Assembly: GCA_965205025.1 (NCBI GenBank)
Contig: CBDBFU010000016.1
Span: 1-64,000 of the forward strand
From: Candidatus Poribacteria bacterium
GTDB taxonomy: Bacteria > Poribacteria > WGA-4E > WGA-3G
Length of the DNA: 64,000 nucleotides
Direction of reading: 5' to 3'
How positions within the stretch are numbered: the stretch's first letter is position 1; every line of letters begins with the position of its first letter. The notes beneath the pieces were generated by a model. The model saw only the letters and a list, made by a program, of their open reading frames with translations, had not been told where the DNA came from and made no database searches. Below are positions 31,499-41,890 of this stretch, piece by piece. Made by a program: the position numbers and the translations under genes.

Positions 31499-32489
31499 AT
31501 GGCAACGATTTATTACGAGAGTGATGCCGATTTCGATTTACTTAAAGATCGAATGGTCGCAGTAATAGGATATGGTGCCCAAGGAAGAGCACAATCCCTA
31601 AACCTGCAAGATAGTGGTGCGAATGTTGTAGTTGGTTTATACGAAGGAAGTCGCTCGAAACCACGCGCTGAAGCGGAAGGGTTAACTGTCAAGACTGTTG
31701 AAGAGGCATCAGCAATGGCAGACATCATTCAAGTTCTCATACCTGATGAAAAACATTCAGCGGTATATCGTGATGAGATCGCACCAAATATGGAAGCAGG
31801 TAACATGCTCATGGTATCACACGGATTCAGTGTCCACTTTGGACAGATCGTGCCATCAGATAATGTTGATGTGGCTATGATTGCTCCGAAAGGACCAGGT
31901 TCATTAGTGCGAGAAGTCTTTGAAGGGGGAGGAGGTGTCCCTTGTCTAATCGCTATTCATCAAGACACTACAGGAAATGCCCGGGACGTTGCTCTTGCTT
32001 ATGCCAAAGGGATTGGAGGAACACGAGCAGGTGTTATAGAAACAACATTTCGTGAAGAAACAGAGACTGACCTTTTCGGTGAACAAGCTGTATTATGTGG
32101 TGGAACTGCAGCATTGATAAAAGCTGCTTATGATACTTTGGTGGAAGCAGGATATCAACCTGAGATGGCATACTTCGAATGTCTCCATGAGTTGAAATTA
32201 ATCGTTGATCTGATTTATACAGGTGGGTTAAGTAAGATGCGGAATGATGTGAGTAACACCGCAGAGTTCGGGGATCTAACTCGTGGACCACAATTGATTG
32301 ATGATAGTGTCCGTGATAGAATGCGTCAGATACTCAAAGATGTACAAGGTGGGGTTTTTTGCCAGAGAATGGGTACTGGAAAACCAAGCAAATCAACCTG
32401 TATTACAAGCACTTCGTAGACAAGAAGAAGAATTAGAGATTGAAGAAGTCGGGAAGAATCTCCGAAGCATGATGAGTTGGTTGGATTAA
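31499..32489 (+). CDS. ilvC: Ketol-acid reductoisomerase (one extra T in the T6 run at about 32355-32360 splits the ORF)
   Basis: [30 protein letters not shown] and SNTAEFG; the true C-terminus FAREWVLEN...LRSMMSWLD is in ORF 32298..32489. Confidence 0.95.
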
Positions 32490-32546
32490 AACTATGTACC
32501 TATTGTAAGATAACATAAAAATTTTATAGATTATAGGCACGGTGTA

Positions 32547-32688
32547 TGAAGATTAAAATAATAATTCGGTAATGTGTTAGAAATTCGAATCAACGGTATG
32601 AATGCTATTTAGCATTCCCCGTGGTTAGGAAACCGAACCTACCAAGTTTGGGAAAATGGGAATTACCGAATTTAAAACTTAATCCTCA
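32547..32688. mobile_element. 142-bp MITE-like element, copy 2 (inverted relative to copy 1)
   Basis: Reverse complement of 1283-1424, with about 1 mismatch seen. Confidence 0.85.
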
Positions 32689-32713
32689 TAAACCGTGCCT
32701 ATTTTATTATGAA

Positions 32714-33803
32714 CAGGACTTACGCAAAATTACAAAATGTGTTATTCTTATTGATTATGAACACATTTACACATTCTAAAAAGAAGCAAGACTTATTTTC
32801 CGATTATTGTCAATATTTGTTTTCAAGTTTCACTAATTTTACACAAACTTATTTTGCTAAACATACAGACCGTTGGAGCCACGATCAACTCAATCGCTTT
32901 CTGAGAGACGAAAACATTCCTACAAGTGAACTCTGGGCATCCGTCAAAGACGACATCGACTTTGATGAAGAAGGATACCTGATTTTTGATGATGTTGTGC
33001 TGTCAAAAATACATTCTAAACGGATTGAAATAGTACGCTCTCAATGGAGTGGTAGTGACAGAAAGGTGATTCAAGGTATCGGTATTGTCACCTGTCTCTA
33101 TGTCAACCCTAAGACACAGGAATATTGGGTCATTGATTACCGTATTTTTGACAGAGATCATGACGGTAAAACCAAAATCGATCATTTATTGGATATGTTG
33201 CACGATGCTTATTCTAAGAAACAACTCCCATTCCGGACAGTCTTGATGGACTCTTGGTATGCGTCCATGAAAGTGATGAAAGCGATTGATAGACTTTCTA
33301 AGATCTATTATGTTCCGTTGAAACGAAACCGTCTTGTGAATGATACCAAAGGTGTAGAACCTCACAAGGCAGTCAAAGATCTATCTTGGTCTCAAGCAGA
33401 AAAGAAAAGCGGTAAACGCGTACATCTCAAAAACTTTCCGAAAGGTTCTGTCGTAAAGTTATTCCGGTTTGTGTCTGATACCGGACGCACGGAATATATA
33501 GTGACAAACGATTTGACACAATCAAATGTGGATATGACTCACCAAAAGTGTCGTCTCCGTTGGAAGATTGAACTCCTTCATCGTGAGATGAAACAAGTAA
33601 CCGGTATTGGTAAATGCCAATGTCGTAAGATGCGTGCCCAGAGAAATCATATTGCGTGTAGTTTCCAAGTATGGGTCTTTATGACGCGTGTTGTACGTGC
33701 TGTTGGACAAAAGATTTACGAGTTTAAAGATGGTTTATTGAGTGATTACTTAAAACATCAACTCTCAAATCCTTCAATAAAATTTAAAACTGCGTAAGTC
33801 CTG
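32714..33803 (+). mobile_element. Complete IS701-family insertion sequence (~1.09 kb)
   Basis: 13-bp perfect TIR CAGGACTTACGCA; 5-bp target duplication ATGAA (32709-13 and 33804-08); single DDE transposase. Confidence 0.92.
32757..33797 (+). CDS. IS701-family DDE transposase
   Basis: SHDQLNRFL, LIFDD, VLMDSWY, YIVTND, RWKIE..HRE.KQ.TG and CQCR...QRNH; start placed inside the left TIR boundary. Confidence 0.92.
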   Translation: MNTFTHSKKKQDLFSDYCQYLFSSFTNFTQTYFAKHTDRWSHDQLNRFLRDENIPTSELWASVKDDIDFDEEGYLIFDDVVLSKIHSKRIEIVRSQWSGSDRKVIQGIGIVTCLYVNPKTQEYWVIDYRIFDRDHDGKTKIDHLLDMLHDAYSKKQLPFRTVLMDSWYASMKVMKAIDRLSKIYYVPLKRNRLVNDTKGVEPHKAVKDLSWSQAEKKSGKRVHLKNFPKGSVVKLFRFVSDTGRTEYIVTNDLTQSNVDMTHQKCRLRWKIELLHREMKQVTGIGKCQCRKMRAQRNHIACSFQVWVFMTRVVRAVGQKIYEFKDGLLSDYLKHQLSNPSIKFKTA

Positions 33804-34249
33804 ATGAATTCAATAACTCCTGCAATTTTTTTCTACGAAATTCAAACATCTTCTTAATATCCGGTTGAAAAAACAATCGATTAACCAAATTTCCTCCCGG
33901 AACAGTGTATTCTACCTTATCTCCTACAATAGTTCCTATATCAGTCTCAACGAAAGTATGTGTATGAACCCAACTTCGAAAGGGTCCCTTACGTTGTTCA
34001 TCTACGAAGGCATAAGGTGGATGCCATGATGTAATTTCGCTCTGTGCACGCATTGGAATTCCGTGCAGTTTCAATTGGTAATCAATTTTTGTCCCTACAT
34101 CCATTGTAATTGGAGGGGGAATTAAGGACTTTAAAACATAACCAAGGAGGACTGATTTCGGTTAGATTAAATGCATTAGAAAAAAATGAAAATACCTCTT
34201 CTTGAGGCTTCTCAATTATTAGCTCAGTTGAAAATACAATGCTATTCAT
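33784..34249 (-). CDS. SRPBCC (START-like) family protein, frameshifted near 34115; stop displaced by the IS insertion
   Basis: Manual N-terminus MNSIVFSTELIIEKPQEEVFSFFSNAFNLTEISPPWL, plus ORF 33784..34104 (FVDEQRKGPF.SWVHTH...FEFR). Confidence 0.8.
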
Positions 34250-34285
34250 TATTAGAAATCACCTATATCAATAGAAAATGTCTAA

Positions 34286-35347
34286 TCAATTATCAAGATA
34301 ATTATCATTCACATATCGTGTAATCAGCTCAATCTCATTCTCTTCAAGAAATAATCCATTATCAATCATTCGTGAAATTATTTCTGTAGTCTCTTCTTTT
34401 GAACGTGGGGGATAATCTTCTACATCTGTAAGAGGATGACACTGTGAACATTTATCTTCAAAGAGTATTTTAGCCCTTGCTTCATTATAACTATCAGTAA
34501 GCATGTTCATAGGTGGTTCTTGATTCATGACTGAGGAAGCAATTTCAGCTGCAGCCTTTGCTTCATCTGTTCTCATCCTCTCTTCACGTTGTTGTTTTAC
34601 GGCGTTTTTTAGGTTAGGTGTGATTGCAATTAAGTATGTAGATACACTCCATTCCTCTTCTTGGTAGATCGGTTCACCTATAATAGGTTTTTCTGCCATA
34701 CGATTCACAAGCCGTACCCAATCTGGTGGTGTACGAGGTTTGGCAAGAATTGTTCGTAGATCATGACAGATAACACATTTTCTCTGTAATACATGTTGAC
34801 CATCACGTAATTTACGTTTAGTTGCAAGTTGATCAAGTGGTGCTTCAGGGGGTAATCCTGCATTCTCGATCAATTGTCGAGTTCTGACAATTCCTTCCTC
34901 ACTGAATGCACCTGTTTGTGTTCGTAGGACTGTTTCCCGAAATGTGAACGGGACAGACAACCCAATTAACAGGTACGTACATATCAATATAGTTACACCT
35001 ATATATGGCATTGCTTCTTCAAAATGTCTAAAGAATCGAAGGATAGCAACTTTAATAAGGATTAACACACCTATGGTAATACCAAGCATGAGATGAGCAA
35101 CAGTACGGGGTGGTAATTCGACTTGGTAATTCCACAGACGAGGTATCATATACCACATCATGAAAATATAGAGTATGGCATAAGAATACCCCAGTAAACG
35201 ATGCAGAAGTGTTAATCCGGCTGGTGCCTCACTCTTATGGGTTTCCTTATTAAATGGATACCCCCATAACTTGAACATTAAGAATACAGATGCATTGGCT
35301 ATGCCTAAGAATATTAATCCAAGAATAGCACTTGTTGAAGACGACAT
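34286..35347 (-). CDS. Membrane-bound dihaem c-type cytochrome
   Basis: Four N-terminal TM helices with His residues (HRLLG, HLMLG); CVICH and CSQCH haem motifs. Confidence 0.8.
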   Translation of the reverse strand: MSSSTSAILGLIFLGIANASVFLMFKLWGYPFNKETHKSEAPAGLTLLHRLLGYSYAILYIFMMWYMIPRLWNYQVELPPRTVAHLMLGITIGVLILIKVAILRFFRHFEEAMPYIGVTILICTYLLIGLSVPFTFRETVLRTQTGAFSEEGIVRTRQLIENAGLPPEAPLDQLATKRKLRDGQHVLQRKCVICHDLRTILAKPRTPPDWVRLVNRMAEKPIIGEPIYQEEEWSVSTYLIAITPNLKNAVKQQREERMRTDEAKAAAEIASSVMNQEPPMNMLTDSYNEARAKILFEDKCSQCHPLTDVEDYPPRSKEETTEIISRMIDNGLFLEENEIELITRYVNDNYLDN

Positions 35348-35511
35348 TATTATGAATCCTTATCGGAGTTGATTCACCGTACTGTTTATGCGTTTGGTTT
35401 GGAACCCGAACTACCGTAATATAATGATAAATTTAGGTGTAATTATATAACCTAATTATCTATCTTTATTAAATTTGATACTCATGTCAACGAAGAAATC
35501 TGCAGTTTTGA

Positions 35512-36312
35512 TTACTCTTCTAATGTCGGACGATTCAAGCGGGAATGATACGGTGGTTCCATGACTGCACGATGTCTATCATTTGCCCACTCCGGAATTG
35601 TATATGCTGGTACATAAGCCATATTACCTGCAGTATACCTTGTAAGAATAGAACGTCTTGGATGGTCTGCTGTCCATGGTAATGTACCGTGTGTTACGGC
35701 TTCTGTAAAAATAATCACATCACCAGCATCACAGACAAGCTGTCGGATATGTTCCTGATGATCCTGATATAGACGCATCTCTTGTGGACATGGATAATTA
35801 CTCTTATGACTCCCCGGAATGACTATCAAACCACCAACACCCGGCGGTACATCGGTCAACTGAAAGGTTACCACGGTTAGACCGTTATGCATACGACCAT
35901 CACGGAAAATATAATACTGATTCGGATCAAATCCGGGTCCTGATGAACCGTGGAAGATAAATCCTTCTGCTCCTTTATCCATAGATAGTAGGAACATATG
36001 ATGATCCATACGGAAACCTTTACCTAATATGACATTTAAATATGGTATCAATTTGGGATGTGCTAACATATGACGGAACGGATTACACCAGGGTTCCTCC
36101 CAAGACAACATCCCTCCAAGTTCACCTCTACCATGCTCACCACGTAATTCTGGTGATCCTCCGTCGAGGGTTTGTTCTTTGGGACGGATATTCATACTAT
36201 CAATATGTTTATCTATTGCTTCGTTAGCTAATTCTACTTCTTCAGGTGTTAGTACATTCTTAATTCTGAGATATCCGTTTAAATCAAAAAGATATTTCTC
36301 ATCAGCATTCAT
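35512..36312 (-). CDS. Phytanoyl-CoA dioxygenase (PhyH) family protein
   Basis: YLFDLNGYL, IPGSHKSN and AGDVIIFTEAVTHGT motifs. Confidence 0.85.
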   Translation of the reverse strand: MNADEKYLFDLNGYLRIKNVLTPEEVELANEAIDKHIDSMNIRPKEQTLDGGSPELRGEHGRGELGGMLSWEEPWCNPFRHMLAHPKLIPYLNVILGKGFRMDHHMFLLSMDKGAEGFIFHGSSGPGFDPNQYYIFRDGRMHNGLTVVTFQLTDVPPGVGGLIVIPGSHKSNYPCPQEMRLYQDHQEHIRQLVCDAGDVIIFTEAVTHGTLPWTADHPRRSILTRYTAGNMAYVPAYTIPEWANDRHRAVMEPPYHSRLNRPTLEE

Positions 36313-36324
36313 CTGTAATCCCTC

Positions 36325-37452
36325 CTATACCGCGTAAGCCACTGAACCATCTTCACGTAATGGTGTAGACCCGGTATTCATGGGTTGGAACGGAGTCTTT
36401 TCTATCAAACTATCCTCAAGTTCAACACCTAAACCTGGAGCTTCAGGAATAGGTATATAACCACCTTCACGTTGATATGAAACCTTATATACAGCAAATT
36501 GATCAGATTCATCACCCTTCGTGTATTCCTGGGTAATGAAGTTTGGAATACTTGTATCTAAATGGAGGGATGCTGCAGTTATAAGCGGTCCGAGGAAATT
36601 ATGTGTTACAACTGCACTATGATAGGATTCAGCAATCGCAGCTATCTTTTTACAGTGTGTCAATCCACCAGCTAATCCAACGTCTGGTCGTACATACTGA
36701 GGTCCACCGTATTCTAAGAGTTCACGAAATTCCCATATAGTTGTAAACCGTTCACCGATAGCGAGGGGTGTTGTCATACGTTTTGCCAATTCCCCCTGTG
36801 TTGTGATCGTGTCTATCTGAATTGGGTCTTCTATGAAATACAGATTAAAGGGGGCTAACGCTGTTTCCAAAACTATACTATTCATCGGTGTCAGTTTACG
36901 ATGCACTTCAACGATCAAATCAAGATCAGGTCCCCCACCTTCCCGTGCAGCAGCGACAAGATCACGTGCCGTTTTAACCAGACGGTCTACAGTCATGTCT
37001 TGAAAATTTCCAACTAATGGATCAAATTTTAGGGCGGTGAAACCTTCTTCTACAGCAGTCTTTGCAGCTTCAAACATCGTTTCTAGTGTGCCACCACCTC
37101 CCAGTAGATGTAATCGAATTTTATCACGACAATTTCCACCGAGTAATTCCCATATAGGTACACCGAAATGTTTACCCTTGATATCCCACAACGCGATATC
37201 GACTGCACTAATTGCCCCACACAATGCTGTCCCTTTGAACGGTCCCATTCTATAGAGATATTGCCAGTGATGCTCAATACGTAATGGATTCTGTCCAATG
37301 AGGTATTTTTCAAAGGTATTAACTATTTTTTTTACTGCTTCTGGATATCCCCAACATGCTGTCTGTCCAATGCCGCTTATACCGGTATCGGTATGAATCC
37401 GAATTACATACCCATTTCCAATGTAAAACGACTCTATCTTATCAATTTTCAT
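36325..37452 (-). CDS. Mandelate racemase/muconate lactonizing (galactonate dehydratase-like) enolase-superfamily enzyme
   Basis: AISAVDIALWDIKGK, KFDP, FIEDP, GER, GGLT..KKIAA.AE and PGLGVE motifs; start at MKIDKIE after GGAGG. Confidence 0.9.
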   Translation of the reverse strand: MKIDKIESFYIGNGYVIRIHTDTGISGIGQTACWGYPEAVKKIVNTFEKYLIGQNPLRIEHHWQYLYRMGPFKGTALCGAISAVDIALWDIKGKHFGVPIWELLGGNCRDKIRLHLLGGGGTLETMFEAAKTAVEEGFTALKFDPLVGNFQDMTVDRLVKTARDLVAAAREGGGPDLDLIVEVHRKLTPMNSIVLETALAPFNLYFIEDPIQIDTITTQGELAKRMTTPLAIGERFTTIWEFRELLEYGGPQYVRPDVGLAGGLTHCKKIAAIAESYHSAVVTHNFLGPLITAASLHLDTSIPNFITQEYTKGDESDQFAVYKVSYQREGGYIPIPEAPGLGVELEDSLIEKTPFQPMNTGSTPLREDGSVAYAV

Positions 37453-38159
37453 ACTACCCTCCAATAAGAAGTAGATTCTATGTTGATATTTCTTATTGTA
37501 TCACAAGGGAGTGACATTTGACAATAGTCAACTATATGGTGATTCCAATTCCTGATCCTTCAAAATTTTCTTCCCACTCCTTAATTGGCTTGGTTTACGG
37601 GAATGACTTATGAGGATAAATTTTCTTTAAAATGTTCTTGTTTACTGTGTTTCACAAATGTAATATTATATATACTATATAGTTTAAAATGTTACACTTT
37701 TCGTTACATGGTGTAACATTAGGAAAACGGTTGTCCGCTCTGTAGCAGTATGGGTTTATCGGTGTTTTTTTCCAATTATAAAAATTCTGAAATTTAGTGA
37801 TTTTGTGTCTTTTTCTTTCATTTCTGGTGTATCTCCAACCCAGGTATTTATGAGTTATGCTGGTTTTGTTTTTTATGTGATCTTGAATGTATTGGATAGT
37901 CATTAATTTTCATCCTGTTTTTATGCAAAATGTTACGATTTATGCTAAAAATGAAAAAGTTCCTCATGTTAGATTCAACAGTTTTTAATTCTACTCACCT
38001 AATATATGGTCATGTATTAGTATAGGTATTATAATTATTCTCAATATGTTATCATAACGTATGTTTACTATTATGTCAACTGTTTTTCATATATGTGATA
38101 TTAGTTGTTTGTTCATTGGATATTCTTCAATTTATTTTTTGTGTATTATAAATGTTGAT

Positions 38160-38445
38160 GTCTGAATCGCGGATTACACAGATTTCACGGATTTCACGGA
38201 AAGGATTTTGGTATGATGTATGTTTTTGTTAGATTTTGGTGTTTCATCTGAATTGTGGATTACACTTATTTCTGGGTAGAAGGATAGTGTAAATTCTTTG
38301 TTTTGGATTGGCAAGTAGTTTTATCTGCTGTGGTGCATTCTCGGAATAGAAGTGTCTTACACTTGCCCATTTGCTGTTAGCCGTTTGCTATTTGCTATCT
38401 GTCGTCTGAATCGCGGATTACACAGATTTCACGGATTACGCGGAG
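38160..38445 (+). repeat. Dispersed intergenic repeat family TCTGAA(T/C)C(G/A)C(G/A)GATTACAC(A/G)GATTTCACGG
   Basis: Copies at about 1210, 38161, 38406, 40846 and 42152, with partial copies at about 38247 and 40923. Confidence 0.75.
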
Positions 38446-38573
38446 AAGATCGGGGATCGGAATCCTCTCCTACTTTTTCCTTGAATAATATGCTAAAATA
38501 AATTAACCTGTTAACCAGAATGCGTTATATGCGTTATTCTCATAGCGTAAAACTGAAGTCTGGGAGATTCACA

Positions 38574-39080
38574 ATGCTAAATGGGCGAGCTGTCCTAATC
38601 GGGATTCTTTGTTTCCTGCTTGTTGCCTTTGCTGCCTTCGGACAAGAGGAGTCAGATCCAAACGTCATAACGGTTACTGAAAAGATAAATGTATTGGACC
38701 TGAACAATAATGTAGAAAGACTCAGTGAGGCTGTAGAAAAACTTAGTGGAAATGTAGAGAAACTCACCGAAAGTGTGAATAACCTTAACACAAGGGTTGG
38801 GGTGCTTGAAGAAAGAACACAAGGAACAGCCAAAACTGTACACGTGATTTTGGCATCATTCATAGGACCTCTGGTGGTAGGGATTCTAATAGCAATTATA
38901 GTTTCTCTTATCATTCGTAGTAAGAACAGTGAAGTCAAAATGGGTTCTACCAACACCACGCAAGTAAGCCAAAGCGAAGCTGCTACCACCCATACCTTGC
39001 CACCAAGGCTTCCTGATGGAACAGACGATATAAAAGACTACCTAAAATCCGATTCTCATGCCACAAAAGTGAAAATCTAA
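38574..39080 (+). CDS. Exported/membrane protein with coiled coil and one internal TM helix
   Basis: Signal-like N-terminus, VE(R/K)L heptads, hydrophobic helix; its stop overlaps the TPR gene start (TAATG). Confidence 0.7.
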   Translation: MLNGRAVLIGILCFLLVAFAAFGQEESDPNVITVTEKINVLDLNNNVERLSEAVEKLSGNVEKLTESVNNLNTRVGVLEERTQGTAKTVHVILASFIGPLVVGILIAIIVSLIIRSKNSEVKMGSTNTTQVSQSEAATTHTLPPRLPDGTDDIKDYLKSDSHATKVKI

Positions 39081-39982
39081 TGGAAAACACTAAGAACACA
39101 ATTGAGAACCCTACATCCGCAGAAGCCTACGTCGATAGGGGTAATGAATTCTACGATCAAGGCGATTATCAGGCTGCCATTTCCGATTATGACGAAGCGA
39201 TCCGGCTTGACCCTAATGAAGCGAGAGCCTACACCAACCGAGGAAACGCCAAAGACGAGTTGGGAGACCTTGAAGGTGCTATTACCGATTATGACGAGGC
39301 GATCCGTATAAACCCTGAATATGCAATAGACTACTACAACCGAGGGAATGCAAAAAGCAAACTGGGAGACCTTGAAGGTGCTATTACCGATTATGACGAG
39401 GCGATCCGTATAAACCCTGAATATGCAATAGCCTATAACAACCGAGGGAATGCAAAAAGCGACTTGAAAAAATATTTTGAAGCCATTTCGGATTATGACC
39501 AAGCGATCCGTTTCGATCCTAAATATGCAAGAGCCTACTATAACCGAGGTACTGTGAAAATTCAACTGGGGCACCCCGAGGCTGCGATTTCTGATTATGA
39601 CGAGGTTATTCATCTCAACCCTAATAATGCGGATGCCTACAACAACCGAGGTGTTGCCAAAAGCCGAATAGGAGAGCATTTTGGTGCGATTTCTGATTAT
39701 GATGAGGCGATACGGCTTGACCCTGAAGATGCAGGAACCTACCACAACCGAGGAAACGCAAAACTTCGGTTGGAACACTCTGAGGCTGCGATTTCTGATT
39801 ATGATGAGGCGATACGGCTTGACCCTGAAGATGCAGGAACCTACCACAACCGAGGCTTTGCCAAAAGTAAACTGGGAGACATCGAAGCTGCTATCGTTGA
39901 CTATGACGAGGCGATCCGGCTTGACCCTAAATATGCGATAGCCCGTAACAACCGAGAAAAAGCCAAGAAAAAACTTAGGTAA
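39080..39982 (+). CDS. Tetratricopeptide-repeat protein (about 8 TPRs)
   Basis: 34-aa repeats AYxNRGxAKxxLGxxExAIxDYDEAIRLDP. Confidence 0.95.
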   Translation: MENTKNTIENPTSAEAYVDRGNEFYDQGDYQAAISDYDEAIRLDPNEARAYTNRGNAKDELGDLEGAITDYDEAIRINPEYAIDYYNRGNAKSKLGDLEGAITDYDEAIRINPEYAIAYNNRGNAKSDLKKYFEAISDYDQAIRFDPKYARAYYNRGTVKIQLGHPEAAISDYDEVIHLNPNNADAYNNRGVAKSRIGEHFGAISDYDEAIRLDPEDAGTYHNRGNAKLRLEHSEAAISDYDEAIRLDPEDAGTYHNRGFAKSKLGDIEAAIVDYDEAIRLDPKYAIARNNREKAKKKLR

Positions 39983-40252
39983 CCCTCTTCCCTTCTTTCA
40001 TCCACCTACCCAATAAATTCCAGTTCTGACGATTGACCACTCATTAGCAAAATCCCGAATATCACAAAATCCTGAAAACCTGCATCTCTGAAAAGTAATA
40101 CCCGTAATGTGAAATATTTAAATTGAAATGGAATAATTTCTACACTGAATCTTTGTACCGCAAACTTTCCAGTTTGCGGATTGTTTCAATCTCGTTATTG
40201 ATAATGAATTTGCTGTTCCTTCTATCAACTAATAACTGATAACCTGATAACC

Positions 40253-40495
40253 GGGTATGTAAAGTTTTTGTCACTAAACATTACGCTGCTATCGTACTTG
40301 GATACCAATTTTTATCTCAAGTATCATCTCAACTCCAGATATGTTAGATGTATGGTTACTATGTATTGTAAAAATCTGTTAATTTTTATCGTTTTGAGAT
40401 GATAGCACTTTCACGGAAACCTTCACGGAGCAATTTTACGAACCCTTACTCTATAAGGGTTTATAATTAAAGTAGACCAATTCTCCGTGAATCAC
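40253..40495 (+). repeat. ~245-bp repeat, copy A (inverted partner at 56937-57191)
   Basis: Shares blocks such as GGGTATGTAAAGTTTTTGTCACTAAACATTA and ATGATAGCACTTTCACGGAAACCTTCACGGAGCAATT with the reverse complement of copy B. Confidence 0.85.
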
Positions 40496-40564
40496 ATTCG
40501 TTAATTATATTTTAACTTAAGCGTGAATTAAGTACTTATATGTTTTTCATACGAAGTGTATTGG

Positions 40565-40637
40565 GACATAGCACTCCGCTGGAGTGCCAGACCGTTCCGA
40601 TATTGTTTTCTATAGACATAGTACTCCGCTGGAGTAC
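40565..40637 (+). repeat. Two REP-like palindromes
   Basis: GACATA-GCACTCC-gct-GGAGTGC and GACATA-GTACTCC-gct-GGAGTAC (compensatory change). Confidence 0.7.
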
Positions 40638-41197
40638 GGTATTTTTGATATAGAAAACTCCAAAAAATAGACTAATCATTAGATTCTCAGTTACCCCCTG
40701 GAATAAAATTGTCAAAATTATAGTAGTGAAGAATAAGCTGTAATTCTTGAAATTCAGACTGGATGAATTGGAATTGAGATTTTGTTGGTGCTTAGTAAAG
40801 TGACAAAAAGATTACACACCCCTGATAACCAATTGCTACCTGTTGTCTGAACCGCAGATTACACAGATTTCACGGTTGGGTATGTGTGTATGATGACTGT
40901 TCTTGTATGGTATAGTCTTTTGTCTGAATTGGGGATTACACAGACTGGTAGCCTGGAATCAATAGGTTTCTCTTACTATCTGCTGATAGCCGACAGCCAT
41001 CTGCTATAACGTTTCAATCTCGTAATTAAGAATCTTTTATTTTCTATTAATGGATATTTTTATCTGTGATTTTTTAACGTTTACTAAAATAAATAATAAG
41101 AATAAATCAATTGGAATTGGATAACATAATATTTTCATCCCATTTAAAATAGTCGGGGGTTTAGCGTCTCCCCGCAGGACGTCATAAAAACGTTTAG

Positions 41198-41890
41198 TTA
41201 GTAATACTTCTTCATTTGTGCCCAACTCACCGCTAACTTACCGCGTGCCTCAACAGCAGCCACTTGGTCCCACGGTATATTTTTACCGGCACCGTTTGCC
41301 TGATGGACATCATCAAAGTTAGGGTGTCCCCATCCCCCACTACTGTTATCATAGACAACAAGTTGCGCGAGTTCACCTTTGAAGTCAGAAACGTCCCATT
41401 CTTTGCGGGTCATACTTTCGTTGTTGTTACCAGTTGCAGAAAGAACTACTTCCTCATCAATCACAAGGTTGACACCACACGGTTCTGGATTTACACCCCA
41501 TGGACGATTACCCCCACCAATAAGAAAATTCATCGTCTCTCCAACAATCACGAACTCGATTGAAGTCAAAGTCCCTTGTGGTGCATCAACACCATCCGCA
41601 AGATCACCCGGTTTCTGTCCAAGTTTTGCACCTTTGTCCGGTCCCTGATACTTTTCTGCCAATCCAAGCCACCAATCACCTTGATGTTGTGAAGGTTGCC
41701 CTCGATTCCGTGCAGTCGGGTTATCACCCCAAGTCGGTTGAAAATCAAACGCTGTGCCAGTTTTTTCCCAATCTGTGAGATCACCAGTTTCAAAATCGTT
41801 GTTAAACGCACGAGCAAAAACAACGTCAACAGGCAAAATAAGCAGAATTATCAGAAATAACGGGACCACAACTGAAAAAACATATTTCAT
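41198..41890 (-). CDS. Secreted carbohydrate-binding-like protein with Poribacteria-type C-terminal motif
   Basis: Signal peptide; NNDFETGDLTDW, GTLTS..F, FLIGGG, GGWGH; ends AVEARGKLAVSWAQMKKYY. Confidence 0.8.
   Translation of the reverse strand: MKYVFSVVVPLFLIILLILPVDVVFARAFNNDFETGDLTDWEKTGTAFDFQPTWGDNPTARNRGQPSQHQGDWWLGLAEKYQGPDKGAKLGQKPGDLADGVDAPQGTLTSIEFVIVGETMNFLIGGGNRPWGVNPEPCGVNLVIDEEVVLSATGNNNESMTRKEWDVSDFKGELAQLVVYDNSSGGWGHPNFDDVHQANGAGKNIPWDQVAAVEARGKLAVSWAQMKKYY

Noticed and set aside
32348-32363. Programmed frameshift in ilvC (GGGGTTTTTT)
   Set aside because: No known recoding in ilvC, and similar +1 indels elsewhere point to error
39077-39847. 256-aa antisense ORF with repeats
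   Set aside because: Shadow of the TPR gene
39180-39930. 102-nt periodic DNA repeats as a possible CRISPR array
   Set aside because: The period equals 34 codons in frame; these are TPR coding repeats
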